Positions 39,998-49,854 of a stretch of 64,000 bases of DNA are shown here, piece by piece (position 1 is the stretch's first letter; the number at the start of each line of letters is the position of its first letter). The DNA is from Nitrososphaeria archaeon (GTDB lineage: Archaea > Thermoproteota > Nitrososphaeria > JACIWG01). The notes under the pieces were generated by a model. The model did no database searches, was not told the DNA's origin, and was given only the letters and a program-made list of their open reading frames with translations. Both the position numbers and the translations under genes were made by a program. The stretch is from assembly GCA_963752255.1 (NCBI GenBank), contig CAVVXT010000019.1, positions 81,686 to 145,685 of the forward strand. Reading direction: 5' to 3'.

Positions 39998-41113
39998 ATG
40001 GAAATCTTCAGGCCAGACTCGAAGACCGTCTGGAACGATAAGGATGTAGAGCATAGGCTTTCTTGGTACCGTAAAGTGATGACCGGAGAGTCGCCACCAA
40101 AGTTCCTTTTATGTAAGATGATTTCCGCAGAAAATCCGGAAGGTCTTAAAGAAGAAGAACTCTGGGCCATTCATGGAAGGTTACAAAATGATTTCCTGAA
40201 AATATTCGAAGATGTTGTCGACGGAAAGGAGAAGTTATCAAGTCTTAAGATTGTTGAACCTAACTATCTGGATGTTAAGGGTTCTCTAGCAGAAAAGATG
40301 ACTGAAAAGTGCACTTTTTGTGAAATGTCTTGCGGGGTCAACAGAAAAAAGGGTGAAAAAGGATTATGTAGAGTAGGATTTAGAACCAAAGTTTCAACTT
40401 GGTTCAATCATTTTGGCGAAGAAGCGCCATTGATTGGCGAAGGCGGATCCGGCACCATATTCTTTTCTGGATGCAACTTTGGTCCATGTGTTTACTGCCA
40501 GAACTGGGATATCTCCGTTGATCCTGAAAATGGAGCCGACGTTTCACACGAGACCCTAGCGTTGATTTCTAGGAAGCTGGCAATGGACGGTGCCGCCAAT
40601 GTAAACTACGTTGGCGGTGAACCAACTCCCAACCTACACACCATACTTCTCTCACTGCGATATTTGGATGTGAATATAGCGCAGCTATGGAACAGCAACA
40701 TGTACTGCTCCATCAGCACAATGAAGCTCCTATCCGACGTCATTGATATATGGCTTCCAGACTTTAAGTACGGCAACGACGTGTGTGCAGAGAAGCTTTC
40801 AAAGGTTAACCGATATTTTGAAGTTGTCTCAAGAAATCACAAGATCGCCCACGATAGCGGAAGCATCCTGATAAGACATCTTGTTCTACCAGGACATGTC
40901 GACTGCTGTACAAAACCAATTTTAGATTGGATATCTAGGAACCTTCCTAACGCATTATTGAATATAATGGGACAATATCACCCAGACTACCTCGTATCGG
41001 ATAATCCGAACAAGTATAAGTCTATCTCCCGGAAAGTGTCTGACGAAGAGATGGAGCAGGCTTATGCGTATGCTGAAAATCTTAATGTAGTTTATAAACC
41101 GGTTTCAGGATAA
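39998..41113 (+). CDS. Radical SAM protein, PFL-activase-like (PflX family)
   Basis: N-terminal Cys cluster (CTFCEMSCG ... C) then GCNFGPCVYCQNWDIS (CxxxCxxC). 371 aa. Confidence 0.65.
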   Translation: MEIFRPDSKTVWNDKDVEHRLSWYRKVMTGESPPKFLLCKMISAENPEGLKEEELWAIHGRLQNDFLKIFEDVVDGKEKLSSLKIVEPNYLDVKGSLAEKMTEKCTFCEMSCGVNRKKGEKGLCRVGFRTKVSTWFNHFGEEAPLIGEGGSGTIFFSGCNFGPCVYCQNWDISVDPENGADVSHETLALISRKLAMDGAANVNYVGGEPTPNLHTILLSLRYLDVNIAQLWNSNMYCSISTMKLLSDVIDIWLPDFKYGNDVCAEKLSKVNRYFEVVSRNHKIAHDSGSILIRHLVLPGHVDCCTKPILDWISRNLPNALLNIMGQYHPDYLVSDNPNKYKSISRKVSDEEMEQAYAYAENLNVVYKPVSG

Positions 41114-41240
41114 ATATTTTTTTATGATGGGTGATCATCTAGATTCCAAGAACGTTTGCATAATCAGTTATCAATTTATTGGGATTATGTTATAGGCACA
41201 ACCAAGGCATTTTAATAGATTTGAAATAATTGTGTTCATA

Positions 41241-42818
41241 TTATTCTATTTTACATTCATTATTTCCTGGTATGGCCCAGCTGAACTTTTCTCTTAGACT
41301 TTTAGAGTAGATACGCTCTATAGGTACTTTAGCTTTTTTAGCGTATTCGATAACCAGTCTCGGATCTATATAGGATGTCAGAGATGTGCTTAGATTCCAT
41401 TCCGAAGCATCCTTATAGAGCTGATATTCCAACGAAGCTTTTCGTGCAGACTGCTTAATCTTCTCAATCTTCTTTTCCATCTTCTCTTTTTCTTTTCCGC
41501 CAGCTTTATCCAGTTTAGCTAAGAGACCTATGTATTCGGTCTTTTTTCGCTCCATCTTTTCTTCTTTCTTCTTAAGTTTCTCTTTGAACTTATCCGGTAG
41601 CTTCCTTTTATGGTTCAGTCTCTTGGCTACAGCTAAGTTAACGTATCTAAAACGAATCGTACTTTCAAATTCACCTTTATTGAAACTCTGCCGAGTTCCA
41701 TCAATAGCATTTTTGAGAGTGATTCCAGCTATCATTGTCCTAAAAGTCTTAGCTGAGACATCTGGGACAACTTCTTGCAGAAATTTCGCGACCTTTTGGG
41801 AGTTCATTCCGTCAAATATCAGACCATTCCCAGCATTGTTTTTGAATCTTTGAATGTTTTTGACGATCATGTTTGGAAGCACAAGCTCTCTCTGCCAATG
41901 CACATAATCTTTTCCAACAAAGTCAAGGAAAACCCTGTTGCCGTCGATCTTTAGGTTATCAGCCTTTAGAGTTGTGCAGCCGACCGTTCCCATTTCTCCC
42001 GCGATCTTTTCATCACCTACCCTCATGCCTGATTCTTTTATCAGGTGAACTACCGTAGCTACTTTCTTCCTATTTTCATCTTTTTGGTTAAAACTGTCTC
42101 TGATATTCCTCTCAACCTCTTTAATCTTAGATTTTAACTCAATAGCCTTATCCCATTTCTTTATCTCCCTGTTCTGTCTGATGCTGCTGCTCGGAGAGAA
42201 CCAGACGTACTTCATCTTACTATTTAGAGGATTCCTCCAGCACGCGATCCACATGCAGGTGCTCCTCCAGACGATTTCTTTCCATCCTTCATCTAGTCCC
42301 TCGGGTTTTTCGCTTAAATTCAATGTTATATCCTCTCGCTTTATCTCCTTCTTCCATCTTCCCCTCAAAGGATTTCTTCCCTTAGAAGTGAAGAGGCCTG
42401 GAGGTTCAACTATCCAATTCTGTAAAACAATCCTTTTACCATCCACTATCGCATAGCCATACTTTTCTTTCAGCGCATCCCTAATCTTTTTCCGTTCATC
42501 CGCTGTTCTTTTCTTTTCTTCCCTTGTCAAAATCTCCTTCCTCCTCTTCTCGCGTTCAAGATAACCTGTTATATCAGTCCAATCGAAATCTTCGACCTTA
42601 CAGGAACCTGTTATTCCCAACTTTTTAGCGAAGTCTTCAAGGAAGTTAGACACAAATATTTGGTCATTAGCGTAGCTTGTACCAAACTTCTTAGCGAAGG
42701 CAACAGCCATCTGTTCAGCCTCCGAATCCAGCATAATAGCCTGTCCTTTGTGCTTTAGTTTCAGTCCGAGTGGGAAGTACGGTGGGACATATACGCCATG
42801 ATGGATTAATTGTTTCAC
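41241..42818 (-). CDS. Eukaryote-type DNA topoisomerase IB
   Basis: FTSKGRNPLRGRWK (compare FRGRGEHPKMG in eukaryotic Topo I), an active-site Tyr in TSLTSYIDPRL (compare SKLNYLDPR) and a K-rich linker. 525 aa. Confidence 0.85.
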   Translation of the reverse strand: MKQLIHHGVYVPPYFPLGLKLKHKGQAIMLDSEAEQMAVAFAKKFGTSYANDQIFVSNFLEDFAKKLGITGSCKVEDFDWTDITGYLEREKRRKEILTREEKKRTADERKKIRDALKEKYGYAIVDGKRIVLQNWIVEPPGLFTSKGRNPLRGRWKKEIKREDITLNLSEKPEGLDEGWKEIVWRSTCMWIACWRNPLNSKMKYVWFSPSSSIRQNREIKKWDKAIELKSKIKEVERNIRDSFNQKDENRKKVATVVHLIKESGMRVGDEKIAGEMGTVGCTTLKADNLKIDGNRVFLDFVGKDYVHWQRELVLPNMIVKNIQRFKNNAGNGLIFDGMNSQKVAKFLQEVVPDVSAKTFRTMIAGITLKNAIDGTRQSFNKGEFESTIRFRYVNLAVAKRLNHKRKLPDKFKEKLKKKEEKMERKKTEYIGLLAKLDKAGGKEKEKMEKKIEKIKQSARKASLEYQLYKDASEWNLSTSLTSYIDPRLVIEYAKKAKVPIERIYSKSLREKFSWAIPGNNECKIE

Positions 42819-43011
42819 GTCATCAAAGCCATCAGCGAGGACTTTAAAAATCTAACTGATTTTCCAAAAAAGGTAAGAGTAGGTTTCAGTACTATTGGAT
42901 AATCATTTTTGGGAAATAATTATTTAACACCTACACCATATTTATAAGAAGTATTAGCTGATAGACCGAAGCTTAGCTGTGCAGAATTCCATTTGCTTCG
43001 CTTTTTATATT

Positions 43012-44091
43012 CTAAAGCATCTTCATTCTTTTATATTCGCTCATACATGGGTTGCCTATTGTGTAGTGGCATTCAGATCTGCTGATGTCGAATATAGTTG
43101 AAGCAAGTGTCTTGGATGCTCCCGAAACGCCTGGCTCTTCGCTTGCATGCCTACAAATAGAAAAGGGCAGGTCGTAGTGGTCTCTAAAGATGTTTTTGGC
43201 ATCGTTTACGTCAACTTTATACCCCAATTTTTTGATCAGATAATTTGCTCGAAGCTGCCTTGTCCAAGAGCATGATGAGACATTTCTATTGAGATCCTTG
43301 AATCTGCTGCCTAGAAAATGATTCGTATGAACGATCAGCCCATGATCATCTGGTTCAATGTATTCAGCGTCCGTAGGTGTAATTTCAACATCCAACAACA
43401 GGTCCTTTTTAGCCATTAGAAAGTTTATTGAAGACGACCTTTTAGCTTCCTGAATCCATTCAAATGCTTTCGTCAAGTTCTTCGAGTTGAGTATGGACCA
43501 AGATAGAATGGACACCAACGGCACACCGAGTTTGTGACCGTCTTCCTTTGATTTAAGGGCGTTGATGCATAAAGCGACACCTTCCGAATTTAAGCCTCTG
43601 TGGGAGAGGGAACCGGCTTCCACCTGTGTCAAAACCTTCGGATTATTGTCTATTTTGAACTCTAAATTGACGATCCCTTTTTCTATCTCCCTGTTAAGAT
43701 CCCAATTCTGCGCTATCATCGCTAAACTGTCAGACTGTACACCAATCGATGTGCAAGAGTCCTTATTCGAAAAAAGTAGCTCGTATCTATAATTAATTGT
43801 CAGGATGTCTTCAAACGGCAGTTTAGCGCCATCCGCTATACCATTCATGACTTCGATCGCTTTATCGTTGAAAGACCGGATCTCATCTAATCCCCTCTTT
43901 GACATCTCCCTTAGCTTACCCCAGCTTAGACCATTAACTTCTTGCAAGATTATCTTGAAAGATTCTATGTTCATTGAAATTTTATCTTTAGCTTTTTCAC
44001 CATATACTAAACCAACCTGATAGGGGCTACCATATGCTTTGATTGTTGGAGCATCCTCCACCTTTTCATTTTTCATTTGCATCGGCAACAA
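43012..44091 (-). CDS. Peptidase C45 / acyl-CoA:6-aminopenicillanic-acid acyltransferase-like Ntn hydrolase
   Basis: A putative N-terminal nucleophile in DSCTSIG and overall C45-like size and pattern. 359 aa. Confidence 0.5.
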   Translation of the reverse strand: MLPMQMKNEKVEDAPTIKAYGSPYQVGLVYGEKAKDKISMNIESFKIILQEVNGLSWGKLREMSKRGLDEIRSFNDKAIEVMNGIADGAKLPFEDILTINYRYELLFSNKDSCTSIGVQSDSLAMIAQNWDLNREIEKGIVNLEFKIDNNPKVLTQVEAGSLSHRGLNSEGVALCINALKSKEDGHKLGVPLVSILSWSILNSKNLTKAFEWIQEAKRSSSINFLMAKKDLLLDVEITPTDAEYIEPDDHGLIVHTNHFLGSRFKDLNRNVSSCSWTRQLRANYLIKKLGYKVDVNDAKNIFRDHYDLPFSICRHASEEPGVSGASKTLASTIFDISRSECHYTIGNPCMSEYKRMKML

Positions 44092-44328
44092 ACAACAACT
44101 CTATTAGCGTATATTAGCTTTTTACTCTTTTAAACGTAATAGCAATGCAGGTTACTGGTTTATGTCTAAAATGTGGGGTTCAACTCGATGTTCAATTTGC
44201 GTAATTTGGTTGATCGCGCCCTACATCATGTTTTAGGAAGTTAATCAAGATCCGATCTAACTATCTTACATCTTTAAAAGTTTGAGAAAAAACCGCCAGC
44301 AATAAAAAAACTTTAAATTTTTTAAATG

Positions 44329-45108
44329 TTATATCTCGAACTTATTAATTATCCTGCTCTCCAGCTCCCCAGTTACCTCAGCGACAACGTGTATGTACTC
44401 TTGGATTCCTGAGTTAACAATCCTAGGCTTTAACAGTTCGTCTATCTGGAACACACCAGCAGAATTGGACATCGTTATTCTTATGGTAACCAGTTTTTCC
44501 TTTCCTTCCTCTATGTTCACCTTCTCAATAGAGAGAGCTGAAACCGAATGTATGTCTATGTTTCCTGCTTGAAATGGAATCCTAGCCCTTCCTTTCTCCA
44601 TATCTAAGGCATCAGCGATGCACACGATACCCGCCTCGATCGTCAAAGGCTTGTGTGGCTCTTCATGTGATACAATTATATGAAGCACTTCAGAAAGAAT
44701 GGTCGTGCGCTCTTCTTCTGAGTATATTCTATCCAAGTATTTCCCAACGATTTGAGAAGCTAAAAGAGCACCGTACATCTCATGCAACTCCCTTGTCACC
44801 GTCATACCTAAGTCATGACAAATCGAACCGAGGACGACTATAACTTCGGAGTCTTCGTTTTTCAGACCGTAATTTTTAACAGCGCTCGGAGTAATGCCTT
44901 TTTTAATCAAGATTCTTAAAATTTTCAAAGCAGAGTTAGCCACAATTTTGACATGTGTGGGACCATGATCAGAGTAACCCATTCTATCTATGGCCATTAC
45001 ATTTGAACATTTCCATAAAGTTCTCAAAGTTACATCTTTCCTAACCTCTCTAATTACATGCTCAAGCTTTGAATTTCCGTGGAAAGGTATGTTGAATACG
45101 TATGACAT
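44329..45108 (-). CDS. HD-domain metal-dependent phosphohydrolase
   Basis: H ... HD motif elements (HGPTHVKIVANSA and ICHDLGM). Confidence 0.65.
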   Translation of the reverse strand: MSYVFNIPFHGNSKLEHVIREVRKDVTLRTLWKCSNVMAIDRMGYSDHGPTHVKIVANSALKILRILIKKGITPSAVKNYGLKNEDSEVIVVLGSICHDLGMTVTRELHEMYGALLASQIVGKYLDRIYSEEERTTILSEVLHIIVSHEEPHKPLTIEAGIVCIADALDMEKGRARIPFQAGNIDIHSVSALSIEKVNIEEGKEKLVTIRITMSNSAGVFQIDELLKPRIVNSGIQEYIHVVAEVTGELESRIINKFEI

Positions 45109-45666
45109 CTAGCATCACTCTCTGATATAGATCATTTTTGTTCAGACGTCGATATTTAAACAATTTCTTTTTAAAATCCATTTGATTTTGACTTTATCAA
45201 TTTTCAAAATCTAAGCAGGACCGATCGCAGAATAATAGATGTATTCCAATTCCTTATTAAAAATAGGGAAAAGTGACGGTTTGAACTTTGATTCTAAACC
45301 TGTTTTAAGTCGCTTTAATGTTAATTAACAACTCATCAATTTGGAAGTTATCTACGTAGTTACCTTTCGCGTGAACTCCAGAGATAGATTTCTTTCTTAT
45401 ATTGAACCACCAAAATAAAGTACCGACTAATATAAAGGGAAGACATCTATGAGTTCTGTTTCTTCCACCTCCAAAAAAGTCTATTTTAAATCAGAGATGC
45501 TGTCGCATCTTTGTTAAAATAATGCCACATTCGGCGTGTTACTTTTTTTCTAAAGATCCATTTTTAGTTGGGATATTTCTGTTGATTTTAAACTTTTCAC
45601 TAACGTTCTTAACGGATATATATAGAACAGTAATATAATATTTGCCAGAACAGAGGGATCGGATTA

Positions 45667-46293
45667 ATGGCCAGCAGAGAATATTTCGATAGCGTCGCAG
45701 GAGAATGGGACACGATGCAGAGAAGCTTCTTTTCAGAAAAAGTAAGGGAGAAAGCCTTTGCCGTAGCTAACGTAGAAGAAGATAGGCTGGCTGCAGATAT
45801 AGGAGCAGGCACCGGTTTCATAACAGAAGGTCTCATAAGGAGAGGAGTAAGAGTGATCGCCGTTGACCAATCCAGGAACATGATCGAAGAACTAAGGAAG
45901 AAGGTCTCAAAAGCCACAAAAATAGATTTTCGCGTTGGTAGTGTAGAAAAATTGCCAATAGCAGATGAGACTGTTGATTACGCCTTTGCAAACATGGTGC
46001 TCCATCACGTCAGTTCACCTCAGGATGCAATAAGGGAGATGACGCGAATACTAAAATCAGGTGGAAAGATCATTATTACAGACCTAGACGAACACAACTT
46101 CGAGTTCCTCAAAACGGAGCACAAAGATCGCTGGATGGGGTTCAAGCGTGAAGAAGTTAGGAAATGGCTTTCTAAAGCCGGACTAAAAAATGTTGGTGTA
46201 GACTGCGTCGGTGAAAACTGTTGTGCGACATCGAATTCTGGATTCGATAAAGCTACAGTAAGCATATTTATTGCCTTCGGCCAAAAGAGTTGA
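45667..46293 (+). CDS. Class I SAM-dependent methyltransferase (UbiE/Methyltransf_11-like) with a C-terminal Cys cluster
   Basis: Motif I DIGAGTGFIT, post I VIAVDQS and motif II. C-terminal CVGENCC. Confidence 0.8.
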   Translation: MASREYFDSVAGEWDTMQRSFFSEKVREKAFAVANVEEDRLAADIGAGTGFITEGLIRRGVRVIAVDQSRNMIEELRKKVSKATKIDFRVGSVEKLPIADETVDYAFANMVLHHVSSPQDAIREMTRILKSGGKIIITDLDEHNFEFLKTEHKDRWMGFKREEVRKWLSKAGLKNVGVDCVGENCCATSNSGFDKATVSIFIAFGQKS

Positions 46294-46425
46294 TCTTGCT
46301 ATATCCGCTTTTATGTTTCAACTGCTCTCATCGAGCCCAGAGGATTCCGTTTACTAAACGTATACTTATCGATATGGGAGAGCATGCAGCCATTTTACAA
46401 CCTATGTTTCTTACAATTCAATTCT

Positions 46426-46794
46426 TTAAAAACAGATGACAGCATCTGCTTCAAGCGCTAAATCGTTCAGGGTAGCAGCACCTACGATTCCAGCTTCAGA
46501 AACGAAGTCTCCACGTGCGATAGTCAGCAGTTGGCAACTCTGTTCACACACCATAAGCTTTACTCCCGCCTTTATCGCCTGATCCATTACTTCTTTGAGC
46601 GATGGGAAACCGCCTATCTTTATCTTTTCAGCTTCTCCCTTCTTGACGATCGTTACACCTTTTATTACGAAATAGATTGTTGCCTCTATGTTCATCATTT
46701 CTGCGGTGGCTGCTAGAATAAATGGCGCATATGTGCGTTCTGGTGTGTCAACACCGCTTGTTTGAACATACAGTATCTTTTTTTTCTCAGACAT
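46426..46794 (-). CDS. DsrE/DsrF-like sulfur-relay family protein
   Basis: 122 aa with a YchN/DsrE-like pattern and a conserved Cys in LMVCEQSC. Confidence 0.65.
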   Translation of the reverse strand: MSEKKKILYVQTSGVDTPERTYAPFILAATAEMMNIEATIYFVIKGVTIVKKGEAEKIKIGGFPSLKEVMDQAIKAGVKLMVCEQSCQLLTIARGDFVSEAGIVGAATLNDLALEADAVICF

Positions 46795-46818
46795 TTTCTC
46801 ACCTCCAATTAATACTGT

Positions 46819-47055
46819 TCATTTCATCTTCCTGATTAAAAGCTGAACCCCTTTTCCTACGGAATTCACGCCTAACAGCTCCTGTCCTAAATTCTTCACA
46901 AGACTTCTTATATCCATTTCCGCCGCCGGGTCATCAGCGAGCACTTCCAATACTTCGCCCACCCCCATCTTGTCAAGTTCAATTCGAGTCCTAAACACAG
47001 GTTCTGGACAGTAGAAACCTATGCAATCCAATGTTCGGTCTACTTTTTTATTCAA
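46819..47055 (-). CDS. tusA: TusA-like sulfurtransferase
   Basis: LDCIGFYCPEP matches the TusA CPxP motif (LDxxGLxCPxP). 78 aa. Confidence 0.85.
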   Translation of the reverse strand: MNKKVDRTLDCIGFYCPEPVFRTRIELDKMGVGEVLEVLADDPAAEMDIRSLVKNLGQELLGVNSVGKGVQLLIRKMK

Positions 47056-47190
47056 AAAAGACTCGACTCATCGACGATATATCACAGTGTTATATTTATA
47101 ACTTTTTATTTTTAATTATAATTATATGTTAAGCATCCGCTCTCTGAATAACCTAAAGTTCTAGGTCAAAATGTATTTAGAAGCTTGCTT

Positions 47191-48189
47191 CTATTTAATA
47201 TTCGAAAGTGGAACATTTAGTCCTTCGATTACTATTCTACTGTAAAGGTCACGTGCCTTCTCTTCATTTTCTAATCCTTCAACGATCATTACCCCGCTCT
47301 TTAGGATACTTGCTTTAAGATCTGATCCTTTATCGAATGTTATACCTAAATCGGTTTTGATTTTGATCTTAAACTTGCTCTTTTCCAAAAGTGAAAGAAG
47401 ATCATTCATTTTCAAGGTTAGGTTCTTTCTTGGTGTTATCACGAAAACCCGTTTTCTTTTTCGACCACAGATTTCCGTAACCAGTTGTACTTGAAGAGGT
47501 TTCGGCGGGCGTAATGGTCTTGAGCCACATACGGGACAATCCTCTGCCTTTGATATGTCGATCGCCTGGAAGGTCAAAGATCCAACGTCACAGTAAAATA
47601 GTTTGTTCATAAGGTTAGGTGTCTGTCCTAGAATAATCCTTGCAGCCTCTGACACTTCAATACTAGCTATAATGTTTATGATCGAAGGTTGGACGCCGAC
47701 TATGGCACAGGTCGGTAGCATTTGATCCTCTAAGTTTCCTTGAAAACATTCTAGGCAGGCGGTTTTACCGGGTATTATCGTTGATACGCTTCCGTAGGTT
47801 GTAATTGCAGCACCAAAAATGTATGGTACGTTATATGCCTGACAAGCCCTGTTTAATGCGTAGCGTGGAGCCATATGATCTAGGCCGTCGACAACAACAT
47901 CCATGTCGCATACAATGTCTCCAGCGTTTTCTGAGTTCAAGGATAATGGGAGAGGTTCCACCTCTATGTTGGGGTTATACTCGTGCAGCCTTCTCGCTGC
48001 GACCTCAACCTTAGGGTAGCCTATGAAGTCTACACCGTAGAGGGGTTGTCTCTGGAGATTAGAGAGCTCGATAATATCTTGATCGACCAAACGCAGGTGA
48101 CCTACCCCCATTCCAGCTAGCAGCAATGAAGCTTGAGAACCAAGTCCTCCAATTCCGACTATGCAGACTCTAGCGTTTCTAAGTTTCAA
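47191..48189 (-). CDS. MoeB/ThiF-family E1-like adenylyltransferase with an about 90-aa C-terminal extension
   Basis: VCIVGIGGLGSQASLLLAGMGVGHLRLVDQD Rossmann motif. CLEC ... CPVCG zinc tetrad. The C-terminal domain is of unknown type. Confidence 0.8.
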   Translation of the reverse strand: MKLRNARVCIVGIGGLGSQASLLLAGMGVGHLRLVDQDIIELSNLQRQPLYGVDFIGYPKVEVAARRLHEYNPNIEVEPLPLSLNSENAGDIVCDMDVVVDGLDHMAPRYALNRACQAYNVPYIFGAAITTYGSVSTIIPGKTACLECFQGNLEDQMLPTCAIVGVQPSIINIIASIEVSEAARIILGQTPNLMNKLFYCDVGSLTFQAIDISKAEDCPVCGSRPLRPPKPLQVQLVTEICGRKRKRVFVITPRKNLTLKMNDLLSLLEKSKFKIKIKTDLGITFDKGSDLKASILKSGVMIVEGLENEEKARDLYSRIVIEGLNVPLSNIK

Positions 48190-48650
48190 TTGCCCGTTAT
48201 AACCTATATCAGGTAGAACGATCTGACGGGAGTAGTATTCAAGTTCCTTTTCTGAAAGCTTCTTTGCTTTAACCTTAGGCGTTTTAGTTCACCCCTCTAA
48301 AACTGTAACTTAGATAACCTTTTTCAAGAAAATTTAAAGCTTTTAACTCATGTTTTAGCAATGGCCCTTTAGAAATAAGAAACAAATATAAGTTTTATAC
48401 TCGACATAGACTTATTTGGCGGATTTGAGTTCAGAGTGAAGAATCTTGCGCACAAGAATAATTTAGTAAAATCTAAAACAGATGTAAAAAACTAAAGAAA
48501 TAGAAGAAATCAAGGAGGTACAACTGATAACAGATTTATCAATGAACATGCTTAATGGAGCTAGTTTCGATGTAAAACGTGTTTAGTCGGGGATAAGGTA
48601 GATTTCGGTACAGCATTTGAACTTCTTCCTATGCATTAAGGTTATCAACA

Positions 48651-49805
48651 TCAGGCTTTAATTGGCGAAATCTTCCTTAATTTTTTTACGGTTTTGGGCA
48701 AAGCTTCCAGGATGTAGTCCACATCTTTATCTGTCGTGTACCTTCCCAAAGATATTCTTAAGCTTCCGTGGATTTCTTCTGGTTTTAATCCAAGGGCTAG
48801 TAGCACGTGACTCGGTTCCCCTGAGCCTGATGAGCACGCGGAACCTGTGGACGCAGCTATCCCCTCATCACTAAGAAGCATGATTAGGGATTCACCTTCG
48901 ATAAAAGAAAATCTAAAATTGTTTATGTTTGGTAACCTCTTGGTAGGGTGTCCGTTCAGGTAGGTCTTTTCAATTTCTAACACACCCTTGATTAGACGAT
49001 TGCTCAAAGCTGTCAGCCTCTGCGCTTCTGACACCATCTCCTCCTTTCTAATCTCTACAGCTTTAGCGAACCCCATAATACCCGGGACGTTCTCAGTACT
49101 GGACCTTAGGCCGAATTCGTGGCCTCCTCCGTGCAGCAAGGGCTCAATTTTTACTCCTTTCTTTATGTAAAGTGCGCCAACCCCCTTTGGCCCATAAATC
49201 TTGTGGGCGTTAACGGTCATAAGGTCTATATTCATTTCTTTGACATCTATGGGAATTTTACCGAAGCTTTGAGCTGCGTCGGTGTGGAAGAAGGCGCCAT
49301 ATTCATGACATAGCTTACCAATTTCCTTCAACGGCTGTATGGTACCAATTTCGTTATTGCCATGTATAATGGAAACCAAGGAAACGCCATTCTTCAAAGC
49401 TTTTTCAAGTTCCTCCAGATCTAATAGACCGTACTTGTCGACAGGTAGATAAGTTATTTTAAAGCCCTCTTTTTCCAGCCAAACAGCAGAATTTAGAACA
49501 CTGTCATGCTCTATGGTAGATATGGCGATGTGCGTTTTACCATTTCCTTTATTGAAAGCGAAACCTTTTAAGGTCAGGTTATTTGCTTCAGTAGCGCTTC
49601 CGGTAAAGATCAATTCTTCAGGCTCAGCTTTAATCATTCCAGCAACTGTTTTCCTCGCTTCATCAATAGATTTCCTCGCCTCTAATCCGAAGCTGTGAAT
49701 AGATGAAGCATTTCCGTAAATTTCGGTAAAATAAGGCTGCATGGTTTCAAGTACTCTGGGCTCTAAAGGCGTTGTCGCAGCATAGTCGACGTAGATTCTT
49801 CTCAT
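48651..49805 (-). CDS. iscS: Cysteine desulfurase (IscS/NifS family)
   Basis: YVDYAATTP, a PLP-binding Lys region and the active-site loop SACSSGSGEPSHVL. 384 aa. Confidence 0.9.
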   Translation of the reverse strand: MRRIYVDYAATTPLEPRVLETMQPYFTEIYGNASSIHSFGLEARKSIDEARKTVAGMIKAEPEELIFTGSATEANNLTLKGFAFNKGNGKTHIAISTIEHDSVLNSAVWLEKEGFKITYLPVDKYGLLDLEELEKALKNGVSLVSIIHGNNEIGTIQPLKEIGKLCHEYGAFFHTDAAQSFGKIPIDVKEMNIDLMTVNAHKIYGPKGVGALYIKKGVKIEPLLHGGGHEFGLRSSTENVPGIMGFAKAVEIRKEEMVSEAQRLTALSNRLIKGVLEIEKTYLNGHPTKRLPNINNFRFSFIEGESLIMLLSDEGIAASTGSACSSGSGEPSHVLLALGLKPEEIHGSLRISLGRYTTDKDVDYILEALPKTVKKLRKISPIKA

Positions 49806-49854
49806 GACTCATCCTCCTTTTTAGTGTGTTGTCGATCCATTATTCAAGATTTAA

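Noticed and set aside
46426-49805. Ubiquitin-like (E1/E2/E3/JAMM) protein-modifier system seeded by the E1-like gene
   Set aside because: No E2, RING or JAMM-deubiquitinase ORF and no Ub/SAMP-like ORF ending in GG are present. The neighbours are TusA, DsrE and IscS, so this is a sulfur relay.
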